Below are positions 24,341 through 37,975 of a DNA stretch of 64,000 nucleotides, piece by piece. Both the position numbers and the translations under genes were made by a program. Location: positions 27,900,001 to 27,964,000 of the forward strand of contig NC_043020.1 in NCBI RefSeq assembly GCF_006345805.1, in the 5' to 3' direction. This DNA is from Octopus sinensis (lineage: Eukaryota). Below the pieces are notes generated by a model. It did not search any database and was not told the origin of the DNA. It worked only from the letters and a program-made list of their open reading frames with translations. Within the stretch, counting starts at the first letter, position 1; each line of letters starts with the position of its first letter.

Positions 24341-24875
24341 CTTAATGCATAAAGCTACTTTTACTCTTCAGACGCAAATTAGATTTCTTGCAAAATGCTT
24401 TCTGCCAAAGATTTCCTTGGAAACCATTCCACACGAAACACTTATCATCCAATTTCTCCCCATTACGTATTTCCTTTCCATTTTACTCTTTTTTTATATC
24501 TTTTCCCTTTGGGTTTCTTCGATATTTTTGTCGTGTTTTGTCTTTCGGAGTTTGACATTTCGAATCTTTTACTGGTTTCAGTCATTGGGCTGCGGCCATA
24601 CTGGGGCATCACCTTGAAGGATTTCGTCACCTTGAAACTTATTTAATGGCTCTCCTTTGCCTCTTTACGTTCTGTGTTCAAATTCCGCCAAGATCAACTT
24701 TGCCTTTCATCCTTTCGGGGTCGATACAGGTGCCAATTGAGTACTGGAGACGATGTAGTCGTCTTACCCCCTTCCCCAAAGTTGATGGCTTTGTGCCAAA
24801 ATTTGACGCCATTATTATTATTATTATTATTATTATTGTATTTCGGAATGGTCATTTTGCCAATTTAGCCAATAA

Positions 24876-24926
<51 letters not shown>

Positions 24927-25092
24927 CGACCCCAGTGCGCAACTGGTACTTTATTTAGCGACCCTTTCGAGGTTGATAAATAAAGTACCAGTTGCGCACT
25001 GGGATGAACTGGCCTCTCTCACAATTTTATCGTAAAAGACTGAAACAGGTCAGTTCGTCCCAAATTCTTGTAAACTAAATATATCTCTTTCA

Positions 25093-25123
<31 letters not shown>

Positions 25124-25610
25124 CTACCAAATTATGACCTTTTTGAACTTATAACTTTCTGTGTATATATATATATAGATAGATACTTCCAAACAAACAT
25201 GATTTTTAATGAAATCTTAATAGGTTTTATGAACTTCTTAATAATTTCTCCCCAAAATTTTTTTTCTGTAAATTGTTTTTAACATGTTCTTATTATTATC
25301 AAAGAATGTATATAAGTATTGCAACTTTTTGTGCCCAATATTTTAATGAACTTTTTTATATTTTCCCAAGATTTTCCTTGTAAACTGTTTTTAACATTTT
25401 ATTATTGTTATCAAAGAATGTATATATGTATTGTAATATTTTGTGACAACCAGTACCTAAAACAACAAAGCTTTTAATTTTACTTTTGACAATCTTTTTC
25501 TAAAAAGTGAAACCGGTCAAGTCAAGTGAATAAACATATTTGAAAATTGCATTTTCAAACCATCATTCATATATAATTCCATTCGTGCGGTACCTTACAA
25601 CTTCACTTTG

Positions 25611-25672
<62 letters not shown>

Positions 25673-27231
25673 ATATTATATATATATAGGTCACCAACTC
25701 CTTACCCTGAGTAATAACTGACAACACGGGCCAAATATATATAGAGAGAGTGGGAGATATATATAAAGGGAAGTTACGAAAATAAACAAAAGACGAAGGC
25801 AGGTGGAGTACAAACAAACAAATGTATTAGTATAGCGGTCAGGAATAGAACAAGTCTTTTACATTTCGAGCCTACGCTCTTCGACAGAAAGATACACAGA
25901 AAAAAACAAGGAGAGAAACAAAAAAAATGCATGTAGTAGCTAACGATGACGGGCCTCTTTCAGTTTCTGTTCCTCCAAATCACTCACAAGGCTATGATTG
26001 GCCAATGGTTATAGTAGAAGACACTTGAACAAGGTTCTGTGCAGTGGGACTGAACTCAGAACCATGTGGTTTAGAAGCAAGCTTGTTACCACACAGCTAC
26101 GCCTTGTTTTGCAGTTGTGTCGTACAAGGTATGTACGCATACATTCATACACATGCATACATTACACACACATCCATGGACACAAAAAATACATACATGT
26201 GTACACACACACACACGAGCACGCATACAAACATAATCGTTGCTCCTGAAATATCTTCAGCGTTTGATCGTTCACCGGCGCCCATAATTACCTCCACCTT
26301 ATTATTAGACATTTTATATTACGTTAGCCATCCATCTGACGAGATTCTGGCTTCTTCCTTCGAAGATTAACTTTAATTACTCGACCTGCTCTACGCCATA
26401 TGCAACAACAACAACAACAATTACAGCCCATATCTGCACACTAAGACAACAATTAGATATTTTATTTTTGTTTACGTAAAAACGTGACTCCAATAATCAA
26501 AGCTCAGCCTGGATATAATTGAAGATAGGTTAAAACATGGCGTCGTTGTCCCTGAAAAAACGGTTAGAAATAGCATCGCATGTCGGCCATTGCTTTCTTT
26601 ATTTTCCAAATGTATTTTGTTTTTCCTACATTTGCATCTGTTGTCGATTAGATTGTTATTAAAATATTGCTGAGTTCTGCTTTGTTTCAATTATTGGTAT
26701 CGGAATAAATCTCTGCTAACGACCAGCTCTAAGTTATCTTTATATCAGCCTGTCGCCTTCCCTCTCTTTCTCTCTCCTTTCCTCACTCTTTATGCGCATG
26801 CGCGCGTGTGGGGGGGTGCAGGCGGAGGCAAGGTTGTTGTGCTCCAGAAGTTCGTTATGCACCAAAGTAGTTTCGAGTTCAGCGCCAGTACATAGCACAT
26901 TGGGCAGGTGTCTTCAATCACCCCAGCCGACCAAAGCTTCGTGAGTGGATTTGGTAGACGGAAACAGAAAGAAGCTTATCGTGTGTTTATATATATATAT
27001 ATATATATATAAAGTTAATCCAAACAAGAAAGCACAAAAAAACACAACAACGCGAGGACGTGGAACAAATATAGTATTATTGGACACCCAGGAGAGAAGG
27101 AAAGAAGGAGGGTTTAACGTTTCGAGCGGAGCTCTTCGTCGGAAACATAGAAGGAAAGATCCTGAGAAGGGAAGACAGAGGAAAAAAAATCGCCACGGTA
27201 CACACGAGGTCACATTTTGAAATATATATAT

Positions 27232-27267
<36 letters not shown>

Positions 27268-27949
27268 GATATATATTGCTTACCTTTGTCGAAGACAGAC
27301 GTCTTTTTTTGGCGGTGAGTCAAACGTTTTGTTGCACGTGGATAATTTTTTCTATTGGAATTGTTGTCTGTTGTTGAATATTTTCGAAATGTTAAACATT
27401 GTTGAACTTAGAAAGTTTTTGTGCTTTTTCCCGTCGACGGGAGAAAGAACAAAAACTTTTTGAAATATTGAACGTATTAATATTATTAATATTGAACTTA
27501 TTAAAGCCGTTTTAGGCTTTATTGTCGTGTCCCCCTCCCCAGCGGGGGTGGCATTTGGACTGTTATCCTCATTAAGAGGGAAAAAAATATTATAGGTTTC
27601 CCGTTTTTTGGCATAAGCAATTTATTATTGCGAGAAAAATTAAATTTTAGCCGTTGTAGGCTCTATTGTGACATCCGCTCCTAGCGTGGGTGAGATTTGA
27701 GCTGTTGTCCTCGTTGTGAGGGAAAAAAAATATATTATAGGTTTCCCGTTTTTTTTTTATTCTATATTTTATTATTGTGTTAAAAAAAAAATTAATTTCG
27801 AACGTTGTAGGCTTTGTTGCTACGTCTTTGAAGGAATAAGAGGAAAGGACTGCCTCGCGTGTGGTGAGGTCAGCCCCAGCATCACCAATAAATAAAAAGT
27901 CAAAGAGTAAGTAGAACCCTTGCATTTCTTTTGTTTTAAATGACTGCAC

Positions 27950-28860
27950 TTAACCTTGGATGTTTGAATGTGCGTGGTCTGAGCTCGAAGTGGAAGCAAG
28001 ATGTTCCTCGACGACCTCAGATCACACGATATGCATGTGAGGTGCTACAGAGACCAGGCTGGACAGTCCACAAGCCTTCTCGCCCCTCCTGAATGACTAT
28101 GAGAAAATCATGTCTCCTAGCCGGACCGGAGGGCGAGGGGGTGTAGTAGTACTGGTTCGAAAAGGCTTGGCTCTGCAGACAAGTACAGTGTATGTAGACC
28201 CAGAAGGTGGGCTGGTTGTCCTTGATGTGACATACAGCAGTAAGGCCTTCAGGTTGATCGGAATCTATGCACCTTGTGCTAGAGGATTTCAAACTGGTTT
28301 TTATCGGCGCCTAGAGAACTTTCTTGTGAAGTCGAAGATATTAGTGGTGTTAGGTGACTATAACGCTATTGTTGATGCATGCATCGATAACGTTGGTTCG
28401 ATCTATAGGAAAGTAAACTCACGTCTCGTGGATCTGCTCAAGCGGTTTCAGCTGGCAGATCGTTACAGACTTGACCATCCGAACGTTCCAGAGTGGACCT
28501 GGATGAGTGGCAACGGAAGGTTCAAGTCCTATTTAGATAGGATAGTGATAAGAACTGGAGATAAGTCTAGTTTTAGTTATCCACAGCTTGTCCAAGTAGC
28601 ATACACTGACCATAGAATGGTTAAGTGTAGACTGGACATAGATAGTACAGTTAAGAGAGGATCCGGCTACTGGAAGCTGAACAAGTCTATTTTGACTTGC
28701 GAGGCATACCGTAGCCGGATTGAGGAATTAGTACTAGAGGGCGTTAACCGGCGAGGTGGTTCGCCCTGAAGAGAGCCATTCGTTGAGTCTATTAGGTTGA
28801 GCCGTCAGCTAAGACTAGATAAGGCCAGAATAGAAGGGCAACTAGTTAAGGACCTAGAGG
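27950..28860 (+). mobile_element. L1/Tx1-clade LINE fragment (APE endonuclease of ORF2)
   Basis: CLNVRGL, GGRGGVVVL, RLIGIYAP, VLGDYNA, YLDRI, YTDHRMV, RGSGYWKLNKSIL; stops and frameshifts. Confidence 0.85.
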
Positions 28861-29234
28861 AGGCGAACACGAACACACACACATCGGACCACACAGCGCG
28901 TCCAAGGGAGGTAAATTGAATAAGATAGAGTTATCTCCCTTAAGAGAATGGGCGTGCGATCTCACGGACGCACACGCACGTGCTTTATGTGTGCGCAGTT
29001 TTGTTGTTCGTTTTTTGGTCTCGATTCTTTCCCTCACGATATCCAAAGCAGCAGTCATTGAAACAAGCAAGCGATGCGGAGGCGGAGACGGTGCCAGGCG
29101 CCACTGTCGCCGTTTTTATTCTCCTTTAGCTTTTTATCATTGTTTTGCCCGTTTTCGTCGTTGGACTGTGGCCATGCTGGGGCACTGCCTTGAAGGGTTT
29201 CAGTCAAACAGATCGCTTCCAGTACTTCATCATC

Positions 29235-29258
29235 ATGTATATATACGTATATATAAAA

Positions 29259-29296
<38 letters not shown>

Positions 29297-29370
29297 GTAT
29301 ATATGAATACATATATATATATATATACGTATATAATACATAATATATATATATATATATACGTATATGA

Positions 29371-29406
<36 letters not shown>

Positions 29407-29416
29407 GTATATATGA

Positions 29417-29453
<37 letters not shown>

Positions 29454-29709
29454 TACATATATATATATATATATGTATATATGAATACATATATATATAT
29501 ATATATATATACGTCTATATGAATACATATATATATATATATATAACGTATATATGAATACATATTATCTATATAATATATATTATACGTATATATGAAT
29601 ACATATTATATATAATTTAATATATATATACGTATATATGAATACATATATATATATATATATATATATACGTATATATGAATACATATATAAATATACG
29701 TATATATGA

Positions 29710-29744
<35 letters not shown>

Positions 29745-30047
29745 TACGTATATATGAATACATATATCATATATATATATATATATATATAACGTATATA
29801 GAATATATATTAATATTATATATATTATATATATATATACGTATATATGAATACATATATATATATATATATATTATACGTATATATGAATAATATATAT
29901 ATATATTAATATATACGTAATATGAATACAATATATATATATATATATATACGTATATATGAATGTACATATATATATATATATATATTACGTATATATG
30001 AATACAATATATATATATATATAATAAGTATATATGAATACATATAT

Positions 30048-30081
<34 letters not shown>

Positions 30082-30542
30082 CGTATATATGAATACATAT
30101 ATATATATATATATATAGTATATATGAATACATATATATATAATCTATATACGATATATGATACATATATATATATATATATACGTATATATGAATACCA
30201 TATATAGTATATATATATATACGTATATCTGAATACATATATATATATATATACGTATATATGAATACATATATATATAACGTATATATGAATACATATA
30301 TATATATATATATATATACGTATATATGAATACATATATATATATTATATATATACGTATATATGATACATATATATATAATATTACGTATATATGAATA
30401 CATATATATATATATATATACGTATATATGAATACATATATATATATATATACGTATATATTGAATACATATATATATATATATACGTATATATGATGTT
30501 ATACATATATATATATATATATATATAGTATATATGAATACA

Positions 30543-30574
<32 letters not shown>

Positions 30575-30792
30575 GATATATATATCATTATTTACGTATA
30601 TATGAATACATATATATATATATATATATACGTATATAGAATACATATATATATATTATAGATATATACGTATATATGAATAATATATCGACATCTAGAT
30701 AATTATATATAAGACATATATATATATATAATATATATAATATATATATATATATATATAGATATTATACATCTATTATAGATATATATATA

Positions 30793-30824
<32 letters not shown>

Positions 30825-31726
30825 TATACATATATATATATATACAATATTATATATATATGATATATATAGCCATATATATATATATATATATATATTA
30901 TACCTATATATATATATATTATATATATATATATACGTATATATGAATACATATATATATAATATATATATAGTATATATGAATACATATATATATATAT
31001 ATACGTATATATGAATACATATATATATATGGTATATATAGTACGGATATATGATATATATAATATCGATATATTATATATATACATTATAATATCTATA
31101 TATATATATTATATACATAGATATATATATATATATATACGTATCTATGTATACATACCTAGATATATATATAGATAGATACTATAGATGAAGACATATA
31201 TAGTATATATATATATATATATATACGTATATGAATACATATATATATATATATATATTTATATATACGTATATGAATACAATATATATATATATTATAT
31301 TATATATATATATACGATATATGAATACAGATATATATATATATATACGTATATATGAATACATATATATATATATATTATATTATATATACGTATATAT
31401 GAATACATATATATTATATATATATATATATATACGTATATATGAATTACATATATATATATATATACGTATATATGAATACATATAGATATCATATATA
31501 CGTATATATGAAGACATATATATATATATATACGTATATATGAATACATATATAGATACATATATATATATATACTATATATACGTATATATGAATACAT
31601 ATATATATATATTATATATATATACGTATATATGAATACATAATATATTTATATATATATATATATATATATACGTATATATGAATACAATATATTATAT
31701 ATATATATATATATACGTATATATGA

Positions 31727-31759
<33 letters not shown>

Positions 31760-31806
31760 CGTATATATGAAACATATATTATATTATATATATATACGTA
31801 TATATG

Positions 31807-31837
<31 letters not shown>

Positions 31838-32100
31838 CGTTAATATGAATACATATATATATATATATATATATATACGTATATATGAATACATATATAT
31901 ATATATAAGTAAATATACATGCATATATAATATATATATATACATGCATATATACATACATGTATATAGAACATATATACATACATGCATATATACATAC
32001 ATGTATATATACATACATGTATATATACATATATATATACATGCATATATACATATATATATATATACATGCATATATATATATACATGCATATATATAT
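29235..32100. repeat. ~2.9-kb TA-based minisatellite
   Basis: Repeated ATACGTATATATGAATAC(AT)n, switching to TACATGCATA-type units near 31920. Confidence 0.9.
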
Positions 32101-32330
32101 TTCTTTACTACCCACAAGGGGCTAAACACAGAGGGGACAAACAAGGACAGACAAAGGGATTAAGTCGACTACATCGACCCCAGTGCGTAACTGGTACTTA
32201 ATTTATCGACCCCGAAAGGATGAAAGGCAAAGTCGACCTCGGCGGAATTTGAACTCGGAATGTAACGACAGACGAAATACGGCTACGAATCTCGCCAGGC
32301 GTGCTAACGTTTCTACCAGCTCGCCGCCTT
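32101..32330 (-). mobile_element. Complete single-unit family A SINE with low-complexity TSD
   Basis: Head to AAAGAA tail intact; ATATACATGCATATATATAT on both sides. Confidence 0.85.
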
Positions 32331-32852
32331 ATATACATGCATATATATATACATGCATATATATATACATGCATATATATATACATGCATATATAACATA
32401 TGCATATATACATACATACATATAAATATATATACACACACACATATATATATTGAATAGCATTGCAGTGTGAACAAACTGCACAGTGTGTATAAAAGTA
32501 GAACAAAGAGGGATGCGGGTACATAATGCTTGGCATACACAGGGGCCATACCTGCATGGAACACGAGTGTTAAATGATGATGATGAGGGGGGTTGACAAT
32601 GAGCACCATCACCATTTGACGTCCGTTGTCCTTGACGATGACGGTGACACTGATAATAATAACCAGCATTCTTTTATTTCTATCATTCCATCTCAATTAA
32701 TTACAAAACATTTTTAATTTTATTTTTTAATTTTTAATTAATTTTTTATTTTATTTTTTATTTTATTTTTTTACATTTGTTTTTTTTTGTTTTTTTAATT
32801 CCTTTACAACTTATTCAACAATTTAACTGTTAATCGCTTTAACTGTTGCTGT

Positions 32853-33001
32853 TCATATTTCTATAATCGGTCGGTTTTCAATGTCATCTAAAAAGAGGCA
32901 GCTGAAAACATCGTTAGTGAAAGACGGGTGATACTTGTTGGCACGTTGACAGTCCGGGACAAAATTCACTTCGCAGATAACAGGCAGGATTTTTTTATTG
33001 C
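32853..33001 (-). CDS. TTLL12: TTLL12 exon 14 (stop)
   Basis: TAG|[33 protein letters not shown]; AATAAA-like signals downstream around 32720-32770. Confidence 0.93.
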
Positions 33002-36000
33002 CTACAAGGAATAGAAAACAAAAGGTGGGGTTTTTTATTTTATATTTTAAATAAAGTTAAACAAACAGAAATACAAATAGAAATTTTGAACAGAGCCCAA
33101 AGGGACAGAGTGGGGTCAGATGGGGTTCTGGCAGGGGCAGTGGTGTAATTAACCCCTTGCAGATGGATTTCCCAAAGGAACAGTGTGGGGTCAGATGAGG
33201 TTCTGACAGGGGCAGTGGTGTAATTAACCCCTTGCAGATGGATTTAGTACAGACAGTCTGTGCTCTTACAGGTATCAGGCCGTTCCATACAAGGAATTTT
33301 ACAATATCTTAGAGTGCTATACTTGAAAACATGGGGTCACACAGAGCAGGGCATCACACTGCTTGCTCACACAGGGCTTCGATGCACTCAGTACGACCCA
33401 CAAGCCATCTGCAAGGGGTTAAAAAGAAAGGGAGGAGAGATTAACACTTGAATGCATTGGTTTTCAGGTGGGGCTACTTGTGTGTGTAACCTTGTCCTGA
33501 CATCATTTCATGGTTATAAACGATCTTCATTCATCATCATCATCATCGTTTAACGTCCGCTTTCCATGCTAGCATGGGTTGGACGATTTTGACTGAGGGC
33601 TGGCGAACCAGATGGCTGCACCAGGCTCCAATCTTGATCTAGCAGAGTTTCTACAGTTGAATGCCCTTCCTAACACCAACCACTTCGAGAGTGTAATGGG
33701 TGCTTTTTACGTGCCACCAGCACAGGTGCCAGTAAGGCGACGTTGGTAATGTTCACGCTTGAATGGTGCCCTTTTATGTGCTACTGGCACGGAAGCCAGT
33801 TGGCTGCTCTGACAACGATCACACTCAGATCACCATCATAAAAGGGTAAAGACCCCCACTTCAATCATGAATGACCATGGGATTGCACCTAGAAAGTTAC
33901 CCTCCGAGGCACAAGTCTGATGCCCACACCTACCAGCCACCCTGCTCCACACTGCCAATGTTATCCAAGGGAAGGGCAAAGGGGCCGATACAGCTTGGCA
34001 TCAGTGCCGTCACAACTCATTTCTACAACTGAGTAGACTGAAGCAACATGGAATCAAGTGTCTTGCTCAAGAACACAACACACAGTCTGGCCCAGGAACT
34101 GAACTCACTACCTCAGGATTGCAAGCCCGATGCTCTAACCACTGAGCCATATGCCTTCATATTATATATATATATATATATATAACACCATCATCATCAT
34201 CATTTAACGTCCACTGTCCATTCTGGCATGGGTTGGACGGTTTAACCAGGGCTGGTAGGCTGAGGGTCTGCACCAGACTCCAGTCTGATTTGGTATGGTT
34301 TTCTATGGCTGGATGCCCTTCCTAATGCCAACCACTCCAAGAGTATAATGGGTGCTTTTATGTGCCACCAGCATAAGTGCCGTTTGTGTGACAAGAAAGA
34401 CTCCCTCCAAGGAAAGACTCCCTCCAAGGTCCAAGTTTGGGCAAGGTTGTTTACACCACCTTACTAATCCTTTCCACTATAGGTAAAAGGCCTGAAATTT
34501 GGGGAGAGGGGCATGTCAATTACATCAACCCCCAGTAGTCAACTGGTACATATTTTATCAACCCCAAAATTCAGAATGTAAAGACGGACAAAAGAACGCC
34601 AGTCATTTTGTCCAGCTTGCTAATAACGGCTTTGCCACCTTACACCACCTTAACGATGACAATTGATTTATTAAATTCTTCGTTATTTTCAAAACTAATT
34701 AATATAAAGATGGTACACACTAACAGAAGCAAGATAACGAACTAATTAATTCCACTGTCAATCAATGACAACCAACAAAGTATGCAAAACTCACCTTTAT
34801 CATCAGAGCCCCATTTAAGCAAGAAATCAATGCCATACATGGCCCTTGATTGAGGGGAGTGGGTGATTCCTCTGGGGAAGGGTTCTTTCGTGGCAGCCAG
34901 AAATAAACTGCGAAAGGATTTAAAGATGTCTTTCTGAAAAATTGGATAATGTAAACGATTATTATTATAATTCATTAATTCATTCATTTGTACCTCCATA
35001 CATACATGCACGTGTATATCCATGTATGCACTCATGCATATATATATATATATATAATATATAACGGGAAGGTTTACGAAAATAAACAAAAGACGAAGGC
35101 GGGTGAAGTACAAACAAACAATGTATTAGTATAGCGCTCAGGAATAGAAATAGAACAAGTCTTTTACATTTCGAGCCTACGCTCTTCGACAGAAAGATAC
35201 ACAGAAAAGAAACAAAGAGAGAAAAAAAATGCGCGTAGGAGCTAACAGTCTATATATATCTATATATATATATATATATATATACATACATGTACATGCA
35301 TACATACACACATACATACATTTATCAAATCAATGACAAGACAAAATTAAACAGAAAAAATACCCAGATGTCCAAGGAACATTCACAGTCAATATATATA
35401 AATATCATTTTCCTTACATCCCTCCTTCACATCACTCACTGCATCACCTCCCTCAATCATCCACTCTCACAAACCTATCTGCACACAATGTACCCCTGTC
35501 GAATTTCTTCCCCACAACATATCCTCTTAACACCCCTTCCACTCTTTTCCACGCTTGCATGGCTCCGATGGAATTCGGCCGAGGCAGATCTTTCTACAGT
35601 CGGACGACCTTCCTGTCCCCAACCTTTACCTACTTCCAAGCAAGGTAATACTTTTCTATGGCTAGACATGTTTTTTCCAATCGTTTCTATGATGACAATG
35701 CTCACCTACTCATTTACAATGATCACATGATGTCAAGACAAGGATACACACACAGTGTCCTTGTCAAATCTCTTAACACCCACTTCCTAAACTTGTGTCC
35801 ACTCCCTACAATCTCTCCTCTCCATCTCCCTCCCTCCTTTCACAAGGGGAATTTAATAATTGCTATGCCAATCACATAGTCTCCTTCCAAGATAGGGAGA
35901 AAAGCAAAGCTACTACATTGGCCAGCTACATATGGAGTTTGAAAGAACACCACAAGTGATTAAGTGGAAATTAACTGAGAAATCCATACCTTATGCAAAT

Positions 36001-37917
36001 GGATCAAATAAATGAAGGCTTTGTTTAGCTGAGAGAGTGCCAAGCCTGTTCAGATCCAAGATCCCTCTATTGAACTCTAGACCAGAAATTTTCAGTGGTT
36101 GCAAGCATATGTATAAATATATTTTGAAGAATTGGAAAATTCTGCCTATACCTGACTTACGTTTGCAGCCTTATCATTTAAGGTCTAAGGGAGATAACTA
36201 TTTTACCTATTTTTTTTTCACATTTTAGTTGTGTTTCTGACGTATATTTGCCATTTAAATATGGCTAACACCTAAGTGTGGATGCTACTGTAGTTTGTAG
36301 CCCCAAGAGGACACTTCCTCCAGCTGGCTATAGACATAAAGCCAGCTGGAGGAGATGTCCTCTTGGGCCTACAAACTACAGTAGCATCCACACTTAAGGG
36401 TTAGCCATATTTAAATGGCAAATATACGTCACGATGTGTTGCAGCTACTGTTTGTAACTCGCTCTAAGATTTATTATTTGTGTTTCTGTTTTCCGTTTTT
36501 AACCTTCCATGTTTCTTCTCTCATTCAATTTTTTTTACTTCGTTATGATATGTGGTTTGTGCCTGAAGAATATGTTTGAGTTTTCTCAACACATGAAACT
36601 ATTAGTAGCACTTTAATACATGTATTGTGTTCTTTAGATAAATAGTATTTATCTCTCACCAGATGGAGTACTTTTTTCATTGTATTGTTCTGTGATAGAA
36701 AATGATTTTATTTACACACAATTGGTTTCTTCCAGCTTCCATCCACCAAATCCACTCGCAAGGCTTCGGTCAGCCCAAGGCTATAGTTGAAGACCCTCAT
36801 CCAAGGTGCTGTGCAGTGGGACTGAACCTAAGGCCATATGGCTGGAAATCGTGCAGCCTTGTCTGTGTCCATAAAATATCTTTCAATGCATAATAGGTAA
36901 TTATTCCTATGAATTGAACCCGGGTCTCTTGCGTTGAAAGCCAGGAATCCAACCACCAGGCTGCACGAGATTGCTTACACCATGTACAACTGGTACTTGC
37001 GCAACAGGTACTTAATTTATCGACCCCGAAAGGATGAAAGGCAAAGTCGACCTCGGCGGAATTTGAACTCACAACGTAACGGCAGACAAAATACCGCTCA
37101 GCATTTCGCCTGGTGTGCTAACGGTTCTGCCAGCTCGCCACCTTAGACATAACCTGTGTTTCCCATCCCTGCTCAATGGAGCTGACTGGTCTTCTACCTC
37201 CACCACTCAAGACCCTGCCCCTCATCTTGGTACTAAACCCTCCAAACTCTACCCAGTCCTTTATTCTTTGAACACCATACAGAAACAAGGTGTATATCAA
37301 AGGTTCTCTAAGTGGGCATTGATGCCTAAGGGGGCAGTAGAGAAAAAGGGGCCATTGGGAGGAAGGCAGTGAATTGGGGGACACAACAAAAAGAAAACCA
37401 ACATTTGCTTCGACTTACTTCTATGTCCTCCCAGGGATATTCGGGATACTGGCTGTTGAAGATTGGAATAAACTCATCGTAGTTAACCTGGTGAAGAAAT
37501 AAAATGGAGTTTATAGAAGGAAGGTGAATGCATAACGAGATTTGTTATTGTAGACATGTCTAAGCCATGTTGCACGAGGACAGGAAAATGATACTTGATG
37601 AAGTCATGGCTACATAAATACATTTATATGAAAACTGCTTGGATAAATGTACATGAACACTAGCAGAAACTCTAAATGTAACAACATGAACATTCTGCTT
37701 TGTGTTCCTTTATTTTGTTATATTTCATTTTATTTTAATATGTATATATTGCCACGCAGGAGTGGCTGTGTGGTAAGTAGCTTGCTTACCAACCACATGG
37801 TTCCGGGTTCAGTCCCACTGCGTGGCACTTTGGGCAAGTGTCTTCTACTATAGCCTCGGGCCGACCAAAGCCTTGTGAGTGGATTTGGTAGATGGAAACT
37901 GAAGGAATCCTGTCGTG

Positions 37918-37975
<58 letters not shown>

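Noticed and set aside
26342-26372. CTGACGAG..TCGAAG
   Set aside because: GAAG instead of GAAA and no convincing stems.
29055-32201. Many long Ile/Tyr-rich ORFs (also at 1.6-2.0, 14.2-14.8, 15.4-16.1 and 63.7-64.0 kb)
   Set aside because: Translations of (TA)n, (CA)n and (GACA)n microsatellites that lack stop codons.
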